From Patescibacteria group bacterium UBA6805 (GTDB taxonomy: Bacteria; Patescibacteriota; Minisyncoccia; Minisyncoccales; Minisyncoccaceae), in NCBI GenBank assembly GCA_002452735.1, contig DKFD01000006.1, positions 39,621 to 63,620 on the forward strand: a stretch of 24,000 nt of DNA, read 5' to 3'. The notes beneath the pieces were generated by a model. That model ran no database searches and was not told the origin of the DNA. It saw only the letters and a list, made by a program, of their open reading frames with translations. Shown in pieces: positions 7,701 to 14,706 of this stretch; the first letter of the stretch is position 1; the number at the start of each line of letters is the position of its first letter. The position numbers and the translations under genes were made by a program.

Positions 7701-9088
7701 ACAACTTAATCGGAATTGACAGTTATATTGATGTTGAGATTGAGAAAAAAGATGAGGGCGTTTCTGTTTTAATTCCCGATCTTTACTACGGTTCTAATTA
7801 TTTTTTTGCCACGAAGACCAAAGATTCGGAAGGGAATTATTCTTTTCTTTCCAATATAGTTAATTATTCCATCTCTCCCGCTCAACACATAAAAGCATCG
7901 CCCTACCTTGATTACGGCAGAAGGAATAAGAGTTCATTTATTGGTCCTAGTAACGAAAACATTGTAGAAACCACGGTTTTAATAAAGGGCGAAGACGATA
8001 AAGACTGGAACGACGGATTTTCTTCTCCCTTAATAGATGAGAATGGAGATATATATTTTTCGGGAATATTAGATGATAATAAGGGCATTTTCGTTTTTAA
8101 TGATAGTGTTAAAAAGTGGTTTTATGAATGTCCTTCGGGGTGCAATAGGCTTTTCCTGAACAGCGACGGGACCCTTTATGCTTTTGACGGCCCGGTTCTT
8201 ATTGCTTTAAGCCCTTCCGGAAAATTAAAATGGCAGGAAGATTTATCGCAAGCTTATGTTTCTGAGATAGTGATTGATTCAGGCAAGCGACTTTATCTTC
8301 TTGGTTCTTCTGGCGGAACACCTTCGCTTTTCGTCTTAAGGGATAATCAAAATACGGTTGGTATAACAACTTTTGGCTTGGGAGGTAATTATGACCATTT
8401 TTCAAACCTGGTTTTAGACGAGCAAAATAATGTTTATTTTCTTGCAGATACCACGCTTTTTAAATTTACTGCTGGAGGAAAAACAGGGGAGCGAGTCCCT
8501 GAGATTGTTTACGACGAAGGTTACGAGGGCGATAAAGATAAATCAGGGCACGTTACTGATTTGGCATTATCTTCACAAGGAATGCTTTTGTTTAATATAT
8601 TTGATGGCGGATACGATAAAGACGGCAGGGCTTATAATATTTTCTATGCCTTGAATAAAGACGACATATCATCCGAACCCTTGTGGACGAAAAAAGATTT
8701 TTATTCGGGCCCGATAGGAATTAATGGAGAAGAATTTTTCATGCAGGCGAACCCACCCGGTTCTTACGGTTGGTATCATTTATATCTTTACGGTATTGAT
8801 GTTTTGACCGGAGAAACAAAATGGGCCAAACATTGGCAGTCAAACGGATCTCCGCCGTTAAGCGTTTCGGCAATAACTTCTGACAGCAATAATAATATTT
8901 ATTTCACTCAAGGCGGAGAGGTTTGGTCTTACAGTCTGGATAATATTTTAGACGAGATTCCACAAAACGACAGGATATTTTCTGCCCTAGGCGCAAATTC
9001 CAACATTTCCGAGCCGGTTGCCATGGGCCAAGGAGTGATGTATGTTTTAGGGGGAAAGACGATAAGTAGGGTAGTTTTTAATCCGTAA
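4712..9088 (+). CDS. Giant secreted multidomain surface protein (1458 aa): novel N-terminal domain, 2 clear plus 1 degenerate lamin-tail domains, FN3, C-terminal beta-propeller (PQQ/BamB-like) repeats
   Basis: Signal peptide ...LTIPSKVSA. LTD signatures INEVAWMG..DEW(V/I)ELKN occur twice (5837-6280 and 6443-6898), and a degenerate third copy VSEIELGDENGYEYVEIFN starts at about 6970. FN3-like segment at about 7547-7876 (SVVLSWTLP...YEVYYS...YFFATKTKDSEGN). Blade-like motifs recur from about 7960 to 9085 (DENGDIYFSG, NSDGTLYAF, DEQNNVYFLAD, DSNNNIYFTQ, QGVMYVLGG). Confidence 0.8.
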   Translation: MKIKNFLFSAVLASSLICFLTIPSKVSAIEFNLFGFSEKTPQTFSEFEAKNILKKFDGILFKKWRDLEADAYSDPKEKTTIIFLRTALRYNVWNYIFQDLPIEVSIKVAKAVAEIARIVTSNDVMSLVIEKLEKETVRRSVEYAMEQLFKSDVKIAFGATKVNYDTGKVKVDSNLQYIMVYTPIDKEKGNIVVRIYSPYELEPPISHGSIGLSIGVVNDLPEGEKIPPFVVEFRGIIGKKYFPWDYCWYGDPSIAVYFPDNVPDFGFRPISKWDKYVVNPIKEAIESVTGFFGKLFPKGEVVEYFPYEEQSEEVKQEVQEMSNNVNNYVENKKEETQEENKKEIKETSVPKVQPPETQKERRECILSNSNPKRSSVLINEVAWMGSKNSANDEWVELKNIGSTGVNIKGWSFYDKDKQINVFFEQDYIVPAGGLVLLERTDDTSVPYVKADFIYSGAISNKDESLYLFDAQCVLQDFVEANSQWPAGKSEERRTMERGSDLSWHSYSGSGYADMFGTPKQENSPKKIEDEGSIETEQTEEESSNSNSNSNSNNSGGFGGDIVAYCSQSNLSNPILSPIVINEVAWMGTQFSSSDEWIELKNVSGTDVNLNNWQLLDKDNQIRVIFDTSDIVPANGFYLLERTDDTSVPNVPFNKKYSGALSDTNESLRLFNSSCELVDEVKAEENWPAGDKENKKTMERNSSLNGWHTYSLLTPDEISGLFGTPKRENSELAESDQRQEDEEKNDNVQEQIAFGLVVSEIELGDENGYEYVEIFNQSEEVINLCQDENNCYYLSYFANTFDDEGKPRHDWDNPYRNWPLQGLIINPNSYLLIGDKEITSHEIVSFQLSNSSGSLALFSNNPVYAGEEEKTQEEKIVYAQAFKVDAVAWKDKANDFEPTVREGQSFILTGEGVLGRKYIEGKYIDSDNNFNDFEMQEKSPENNPSYPPEAISDLSVRGAGNRRNSVVLSWTLPFDLDTNKDSLDYEVYYSLNQEIDVNNLIGIDSYIDVEIEKKDEGVSVLIPDLYYGSNYFFATKTKDSEGNYSFLSNIVNYSISPAQHIKASPYLDYGRRNKSSFIGPSNENIVETTVLIKGEDDKDWNDGFSSPLIDENGDIYFSGILDDNKGIFVFNDSVKKWFYECPSGCNRLFLNSDGTLYAFDGPVLIALSPSGKLKWQEDLSQAYVSEIVIDSGKRLYLLGSSGGTPSLFVLRDNQNTVGITTFGLGGNYDHFSNLVLDEQNNVYFLADTTLFKFTAGGKTGERVPEIVYDEGYEGDKDKSGHVTDLALSSQGMLLFNIFDGGYDKDGRAYNIFYALNKDDISSEPLWTKKDFYSGPIGINGEEFFMQANPPGSYGWYHLYLYGIDVLTGETKWAKHWQSNGSPPLSVSAITSDSNNNIYFTQGGEVWSYSLDNILDEIPQNDRIFSALGANSNISEPVAMGQGVMYVLGGKTISRVVFNP
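5837..6898 (+). repeat. Intragenic tandem duplication of a ~150-aa lamin-tail-domain module (period ~606 nt)
   Basis: Hand alignment of the two units gives roughly 55-60% amino-acid identity, including the identical block LLERTDDTSVP and both ending in FGTPK(Q/R)ENS. Confidence 0.8.
6341..6370 (+). repeat. In-frame hexanucleotide microsatellite encoding (Asn-Ser)n in the inter-LTD linker
   Basis: AAT AGT AAC AGC AAT AGC AAC AGC AAC AAC, encoding NSNSNSNSNN. Confidence 0.7.
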
Positions 9089-9172
9089 AAATTTATACTG
9101 AAAACGATATAGTTGATGGTTTTCGGAATTATATAATAAGCGGGAAGGTATTCTTTTTGTGATTTTTTGCTA

Positions 9173-9201
9173 TTGACAAAATAGTTTTAAAGAGTTAAAA
9201 G
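9173..9201 (+). promoter_or_regulatory. Orphan promoter-like element with no downstream + strand ORF
   Basis: TTGACA (9173-9178), 17-nt spacer, TAAAAG (9196-9201). The architecture is almost identical to the rnpB promoter in this window. It points into the 3' end of the convergent 9315-9770 gene. Confidence 0.35.
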
Positions 9202-9314
9202 ATATATATAGATGAGATGGTTTTAATAAAGATATGGATTTTTGCGGGGCTGAAATGCAGAAAATCGGCTCTACTGCGGAGTACGAGTAGGCCATGGAAA
9301 TGGCAACGAAAGTA

Positions 9315-9770
9315 CTACGATGAGGGGGCGTCGTCCCTCCAGCTCCACAAAAGTTCATATTTTTCAAGATAAGCGTCATCGACTCTAAACACAGTTACTA
9401 TAGAAATTTCCCCTTTTTTTTCTTCATTGGTGCACCCCTCAATAGAACAGAGGTATTTTTTGTTTTTCAGTGTTTTTACAAAGCATAAATCTCCTGTTTT
9501 TTCTTTCTTGTTTTTGAAAATGTGATCAGGATATTTTACTATGGTAGGTAAGTTGTCAATTATAAAATCATACAATTCGCCTGGTTTTTTATCATATATG
9601 TGTTTAAGGACTTTTGTTGTAATATATACGGCGCCGGAAGAAAGCCCACAGCCTTTTTGAACCGCTTTTGTCAGATTGCATAGCAATATTTTTTTATAAA
9701 CTACAATAGCTTTGAGATCGGTTCCCTTAATATGGTTTTTATGCAGAGAGTGTAAAGATTCCTGCTTCAT
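9315..9770 (-). CDS. Hypothetical protein; possible Barnase-EndoU-ColicinE5/D-RelE (BECR/PBECR-like) fold nuclease toxin
   Basis: This is the only sizeable minus-strand ORF in the window. The segment VYITTKVLKHIYDKKPGELYDFIIDNLPTIVKYPDHIFKNKKEKTGDLCFVKTLKNKKYLCSIE resembles the KH...P(D/E)...PDxI...beta-strand layout of PBECR-type domains. That assignment comes from memory of the family pattern and not from a search. Confidence 0.55.
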   Translation of the reverse strand: MKQESLHSLHKNHIKGTDLKAIVVYKKILLCNLTKAVQKGCGLSSGAVYITTKVLKHIYDKKPGELYDFIIDNLPTIVKYPDHIFKNKKEKTGDLCFVKTLKNKKYLCSIEGCTNEEKKGEISIVTVFRVDDAYLEKYELLWSWRDDAPSS

Positions 9771-9877
9771 AATGAAAATTGTTTAATTTCTTATATATAA
9801 GATAAATCGAACGAGCAACCATGTCAAGTAATTGACTTTAAATCGGCGCAAAAGCATTCCCAATATTTTCGGGGCAT

Positions 9878-9906
9878 TTGACTAAAATCTGTTTTTGGTT
9901 TATATT
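9878..9906 (+). promoter_or_regulatory. secDF promoter
   Basis: TTGACT (9878-9883), 17-nt spacer, TATATT (9901-9906). The ATG at 9916 lies 9 nt after the -10, which argues against the TTG at 9895 as the start. Confidence 0.5.
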
Positions 9907-9915
9907 CCAAACAGT

Positions 9916-11343
9916 ATGACCAACAAGCAGATAACGATATCTTTTTTGTTAATATTACTCTTAGGCCTCGTTTCGGCTGTTTTTTGTTTTCCGCAATACC
10001 CCAACGCTTTTATCAAAGATGCGAACAATAAATACAACTGGTCCGTGCCTTTGCTGCCCGAGAAAGAGTTTAAGCTGGGCCTGGACCTGAGGGGCGGAGT
10101 CCACTTGGAATACCGCGCCGATTTGAGCCAGATTCCGGAAGGGGAGAGAGGGACGGTAATGCAGGGACTGAGAGACATTATTGAAAGAAGAGTTAACATT
10201 TTCGGGGTTACGGAATCAATAGTTCAGATCTACGGGGAGGACAGGATAGCGGTGGAACTGCCGGGCGTGGAGAGCATTGAGTCGGCCATCAGCTGGATCG
10301 GCCAAACTCCTTTATTGGAATTCTTGGAAGAAAAACCATCAGAAGAAATCCAGGCCATAATGGACAAGAGGCAGGAGCTTGTCGGAAAGACGGCCGAAGA
10401 AATACAGCAAGTGGAAAATTGGATATTGGCTTTTGAGTCGCCCTACAATAACACGAATCTTTCAGGCAGGTACTTGAAGAAAGCCACTCTTTCTTTTGAC
10501 CAAACGACTTATGCTCCGATTGTCGAACTTCAGTTTGACGACGAGGGAGCGAAGATTTTCGAGGAGATAACCGAAAGAAACGTGGGGAAAACCCTGGCCA
10601 TCTTTTTGGACGGACAATCGATAGTCGATACTACCGGAGATGGCAAGATTGATGCTAACGATTTGTATGCTCCCAGGGTAAACGAAAAGATTGCCGGAGG
10701 CAAAGCAATGATTACCGGAAACATGGACGTTAACGAGGCGAAAACCCTGGTCCAGAGATTGAATCAGGGTGCGTTGCCCGTTCCGCTGGGCGAGCCCATC
10801 GTTCAAAAGAAGATAGGCCCGACCCTGGGTGCGGTTTCTCTGGAAAATACCGTCAAGGCGGGAATAGCCGGAGTTCTGATGATTATCATTTTCCTTATTT
10901 TAGTCTACCGTTTACCCGGCCTTTTGGCTTCTTTCGCTCTTATTCTGTACATTGTTATTTTATTGGCCCTAATTAAGCTCGTTCCGGTGACCTTGACCTT
11001 GGCCGGTATCGGCGGCTTCATCTTGTCCATCGGCATGGCGGTTGACGCCAACATTTTAATATTTTCCAGAATGAGGGAAGAGTTAAAACAAGGAAAAGAA
11101 ATCTTAACAAGCATTGGAGAGGGCCTGAGAAGGGCTTGGCCTTCAATCAGGGACGGAAACTTTACCACCTTAATTGTCGCTTTCATTCTCTACTTTTTGG
11201 GAACCAGCTTTATCAGAGCCTTTGCTTTCGCCCTGATTTTAGGTATTTTTGTCAGTTTGTTTTCAGCGATTGTGGTTACTAACGTTTTCCTTCAGCTTTT
11301 TGCCAAAGGAAGATTGGGAAAGATAAAATTCATTTGGTCATAA
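9916..11343 (+). CDS. secD: Protein translocase subunit SecD
   Basis: LGLDLRGGVHL and GFILSIGMAVDANILIFSRMREE match conserved SecD blocks. There is an N-terminal TM helix, a large periplasmic domain and a C-terminal 5-TM bundle. An alternative TTG start lies at 9895. Confidence 0.9.
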   Translation: MTNKQITISFLLILLLGLVSAVFCFPQYPNAFIKDANNKYNWSVPLLPEKEFKLGLDLRGGVHLEYRADLSQIPEGERGTVMQGLRDIIERRVNIFGVTESIVQIYGEDRIAVELPGVESIESAISWIGQTPLLEFLEEKPSEEIQAIMDKRQELVGKTAEEIQQVENWILAFESPYNNTNLSGRYLKKATLSFDQTTYAPIVELQFDDEGAKIFEEITERNVGKTLAIFLDGQSIVDTTGDGKIDANDLYAPRVNEKIAGGKAMITGNMDVNEAKTLVQRLNQGALPVPLGEPIVQKKIGPTLGAVSLENTVKAGIAGVLMIIIFLILVYRLPGLLASFALILYIVILLALIKLVPVTLTLAGIGGFILSIGMAVDANILIFSRMREELKQGKEILTSIGEGLRRAWPSIRDGNFTTLIVAFILYFLGTSFIRAFAFALILGIFVSLFSAIVVTNVFLQLFAKGRLGKIKFIWS

Positions 11344-11345
11344 AC

Positions 11346-12260
11346 ATGGATTTCTTAAAATATTCAAAAATATATTTCGCCATCGCCATCATCATGGTTT
11401 TGGGAAGCTTGTTCTCCTTATTTTACTTCGGCTTGAATTTGGGCATTGACTTTGAGGGCGGCAGTTCTTTGAGCATTGAATACAAAACAGAAAGGCCCGA
11501 CGTTTCCAAGATTAAGGAAGCTTTGGCTCAGGTCAAAGACCTGCAGGGCGTTGAGGTCCAGCCGGTTGGCCAGGACGGCGTTATCGTTAAAATCAATAAA
11601 AAAAACATTTCCAGTGAATCCTACGAGAGCATAATCTTGGAGCTGAAAAAAACCGGAGACATTGAGGAATCCTCGGCCGGCATTGAAACAATCAGCCCTT
11701 TGATCGGGAGAGAACTTAAACAAAAAACAATCGTGGTGGTTATTGTTTCTCTTTTAGCCATGCTTCTGTATATCGCTTTTGCTTTTAGGAATGTTTCCAG
11801 GCCGGTCACTTCTTTCCAATACGGTCTTTCTTCAACCTTGATGCTTTTCCACGACGTTGTCATTCCCTTGGGCGTTCTGGCAATTCTGGGGCGTTTTTAC
11901 GGCGCCCAATTGACCATTCCGGTGGTAACAGCCCTTTTGACAATCGTCGGTTATTGCATAAACAACAACGTGGTTGTTTTTGACCGAATCAGGGAGAATC
12001 TTTTGAAGAACAGGGCATTGAGTTACGAAGAGATCGTCAACAAGAGCCTGAACGAAACCTTTGCCCGTTGTGTTAATACGTCCTTAACCGTGCTTTTCGC
12101 CCTAGGCGCCCTTTATTATTTCTTCGGCAGCAGCGAAGAGGGATTGAAATACTTTACCCTGACGGCCAGTATCGGAGTTTTCGTCGGTATTTTTTCTTCG
12201 GTATTTCTGGCCAGTCCCTTGTTGGTCTATTGGCTCGGATTCAAGAAGAAAAAGGTTTGA
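11346..12260 (+). CDS. secF: Protein translocase subunit SecF
   Basis: GIDFEGGSSL and NNVVVFDRIRENL match conserved SecF blocks. The gene lies immediately after secD, whose stop is at 11341-11343. An alternative TTG start lies at 11334. Confidence 0.9.
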   Translation: MDFLKYSKIYFAIAIIMVLGSLFSLFYFGLNLGIDFEGGSSLSIEYKTERPDVSKIKEALAQVKDLQGVEVQPVGQDGVIVKINKKNISSESYESIILELKKTGDIEESSAGIETISPLIGRELKQKTIVVVIVSLLAMLLYIAFAFRNVSRPVTSFQYGLSSTLMLFHDVVIPLGVLAILGRFYGAQLTIPVVTALLTIVGYCINNNVVVFDRIRENLLKNRALSYEEIVNKSLNETFARCVNTSLTVLFALGALYYFFGSSEEGLKYFTLTASIGVFVGIFSSVFLASPLLVYWLGFKKKKV

Positions 12261-12285
12261 CAAAAAGCTTAAGAGGTGTTATAAC
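12257..12285 (+). promoter_or_regulatory. Consensus promoter with extended -10 for the 12295-16386 operon
   Basis: TTGACA (12257-12262, overlapping the secF stop), 17-nt spacer, TGt-TATAAC (12277-12285). The ATG at 12295 lies 9 nt after the -10. Confidence 0.6.
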
Positions 12286-12294
12286 TATTCTAAT

Positions 12295-13356
12295 ATGGAC
12301 ATAAATTGCAAAGAATTCGTTCAAAAAGTTTTAAAGCAGATGCCGGAAAGAACAAGGAAAATAATGGTTCGCCGTTTTGGCTTGGATAAAAGGGGCAAAG
12401 GGGAAACCCTTGAGGCCATCGGCAGAAGCTATAACGTCACCAGGGAAAGAATAAGGCAAGTGGAAAGGGACGGATTCAAGAGAATGAAAAAAATAGTAGA
12501 ATCTTCCGAGCTTAAAAAGGATTTTGAGAAAATCGAATTTTTGTTTGAAAAGAAGCTGAAGCAGTTCGGAGGAATAAAGAAAGAAGAGGAACTGATTTTA
12601 TCTTTCGGTTCCTCCCAGCCCAAAAACCAGATTCTTTTTCTTTTGAATCTGGTCGATAATTTCAAAAGAGACAAAGGAGACAACTATTTCTACGCTTTTT
12701 GGTACAGCGACCCGAAACAGGTTTCCTTGGCCAAGAAGGTTGCTTCCGATTTCGTGGAAAAATTCAAGCGCGAGAAAAAAGCCGAGTCCCTGGACAAGGC
12801 CTTTGAATATTTTAAAAGCATTTTCAAGAAGGAAAAACCGACCGAGGAAGCTTTCGTTTCCTATTTGGAGATATCCAAGCAGATTTTCAGGTCAATTGAC
12901 GGCCGGAGAATCGGCTTGATGTCTTTTTCCGACATTAACCCCAAAACCGTAAAAGACAAAATAATTTTGATTTTAAACGAAAAGAAACAGCCCCTGCACT
13001 TCAGAGAAATAACGGACTTGATATTTTCTTTAAACAAAGACATTGAAAAAAAGCATAACCGTTCCTTGAGTCTTCATCCCCAAACCGTGCACAACGAACT
13101 GATAAGGAGCAACGATTTTATTCTGGTGGGAAGAGGGCTTTATGCCTTGAAAGACTGGGGCTACAATCCGGGCAGGGTTAAAGACGTGATTGCCCATGTT
13201 TTAAGGGCTTCGGTTCAGCCCTTGGCCAAAGAGGACATAATCAGCGAAGTTTTAAAGCAAAGAATGGTTAAGGAGTCAACAATTTTCTTGGGGCTCCAGG
13301 ACAAGAATCTTTTTGAAAAAAACGAAGAAGGAAAGTATAAGGTACGGGAGGCTTAA
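12295..13356 (+). CDS. Sigma-70 region 4 HTH + HARE-HTH (RNA polymerase delta-like) domain protein
   Basis: TLEAIGRSYNVTRERIRQVERDGFKRMKK is a near-textbook sigma70 region 4.2 HTH, but no region 2 is present. QPLHFREITDLI...FILVGRGLYALKDWGY fits the HARE-HTH pattern of the RpoE delta subunit. A second wHTH-like unit follows (VKDVIAHVLRASVQPLAKEDIISEVL...). Confidence 0.75.
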   Translation: MDINCKEFVQKVLKQMPERTRKIMVRRFGLDKRGKGETLEAIGRSYNVTRERIRQVERDGFKRMKKIVESSELKKDFEKIEFLFEKKLKQFGGIKKEEELILSFGSSQPKNQILFLLNLVDNFKRDKGDNYFYAFWYSDPKQVSLAKKVASDFVEKFKREKKAESLDKAFEYFKSIFKKEKPTEEAFVSYLEISKQIFRSIDGRRIGLMSFSDINPKTVKDKIILILNEKKQPLHFREITDLIFSLNKDIEKKHNRSLSLHPQTVHNELIRSNDFILVGRGLYALKDWGYNPGRVKDVIAHVLRASVQPLAKEDIISEVLKQRMVKESTIFLGLQDKNLFEKNEEGKYKVREA

Positions 13357-13365
13357 AAAAATTTA

Positions 13366-14700
13366 ATGGCTGAGGAAATCGGTATCCAAACATTAAAAAT
13401 CATAAATGATGTCTCGGGGATTCTTCTTCCTTATATTTTGTTCCTCAAAAATATTATCGTTCAATTTTGGTGGGTCCCTCTGCCGTTTTTACTTTACAAG
13501 TATTTCCGGTTCGCTTTTGTCCTTTTCATGGAAACCTGGTGGAATAAAACCATTAAAAGGGTCGTTTTGGAGGTCAAGGTTCCCCAGCACGTGGCCAGGC
13601 CCCTGAAAGCCATGGAAAATTTCTTTTCCGCCATCTGGCCCCTATACGACCCTCCCAAGGACTGGCGAACAACTTTTTTTGAAGGAAAAACCATGCTTAG
13701 CGCCTCTTTTGAAATCGCGGGAATAGACGGCGAACCGCATTTTTTTATCAGGATTCCCGCGACAGCCAGAAAAATGGTTGAATCGTCTCTTTATGCCCAA
13801 TATTCGGAAATAGAGATTTTCGAGGTTCCTGACTATACCAAAAGCGTGCCCCAAGGACTGCCCAATAAGGATTGGGAAATGTGGGGCTGTGATTTCATGC
13901 CCATTAAAACGGACGTCTATCCTCTAAAGACCTATCCCGAGTTTTTTGAAGAGAATCCTGAGGCAAAAGAGGAAAAAAGAATAGACCCCTTGTCTTCTCT
14001 TTTGGAAACAATCTCCACCATGAAAAAAGGTGAGCAGATTTGGATTCAGGTGGTGGCTTCGCCCGTCAGCGTCGTTGAAGACAATTATGTTAAAAGGGGA
14101 AAAGATATAGTCGACAAGCTTTTGAAAAGAATCAAAGACAAGGCGAACTACGAGCCGTATCCCATGTTTCTGGAAGCTTTGCGCATTTTGGTTTTTGGCG
14201 AGCCGTTTAAGGAAAAAGAATCAAAGGGCGAAGAAGAGTTTCCATGGGAAATGCGCTTGAGCCCCGGGGAAAGAGATATTATTGCCGGCATTGAAAGAAA
14301 GATATCCAAAGTTTGCTATACCTGCCTTGTAAGATACATTTATCTGGCCAAAAGGAGTGTTTTTTTCGGCGGAGCCAAAGCTTACGGACCCAGTTTTTTC
14401 ACTCAGTTTTCCACCCAGAACCTAAACGGGGTAAAACCTTGGGGCAAAACCATTACCAAAATCCAGGCCCCGGACATTTTTACCAAAAGAAGACTTTACG
14501 TCAAGAAAAGGAATTTGTTTGAAAATTACGTCAACCGAAGGCCCTCCTTTGACCCTTTTCCCGGCGGAACCTTCCTGATGGGCATTGACGAGCTGGCGAC
14601 CATTTATCACTTCCCGGGCATTGAAGTCGCTCCCACCCAGGCCCTGAAGAGAATCCAGACCAAGAGGGGAGCGCCTCCGGCAACCTTGCCCGTTGAATAA
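13366..14700 (+). CDS. Membrane-anchored protein of unknown function (partner of the downstream ATPase)
   Basis: 444 aa. Hydrophobic N-terminal segments (ILLPYILFLKNIIVQFWWVPLPFLLY, FAFVLFMETWW) precede a ~370-aa domain with no motif I can name. The C-terminus carries a GIDELATIYHFPG motif. The gaps to the flanking genes are 9 nt and 6 nt. Confidence 0.7.
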   Translation: MAEEIGIQTLKIINDVSGILLPYILFLKNIIVQFWWVPLPFLLYKYFRFAFVLFMETWWNKTIKRVVLEVKVPQHVARPLKAMENFFSAIWPLYDPPKDWRTTFFEGKTMLSASFEIAGIDGEPHFFIRIPATARKMVESSLYAQYSEIEIFEVPDYTKSVPQGLPNKDWEMWGCDFMPIKTDVYPLKTYPEFFEENPEAKEEKRIDPLSSLLETISTMKKGEQIWIQVVASPVSVVEDNYVKRGKDIVDKLLKRIKDKANYEPYPMFLEALRILVFGEPFKEKESKGEEEFPWEMRLSPGERDIIAGIERKISKVCYTCLVRYIYLAKRSVFFGGAKAYGPSFFTQFSTQNLNGVKPWGKTITKIQAPDIFTKRRLYVKKRNLFENYVNRRPSFDPFPGGTFLMGIDELATIYHFPGIEVAPTQALKRIQTKRGAPPATLPVE

Positions 14701-14706
14701 TAATTT

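Noticed and set aside
9240-9320. Possible tRNA (starts GCGGGG) or SRP RNA (GGAA-looped hairpin) in the spacer after the giant gene
   Set aside because: It has no D-arm or T-arm (GTTCRANYC) pattern and no acceptor-stem complement. The hairpin flanks do not match the conserved SRP helix 8 sequence (GUCAGGUCCGGAAGGAAGCAGC). It is kept only as a generic candidate small RNA.
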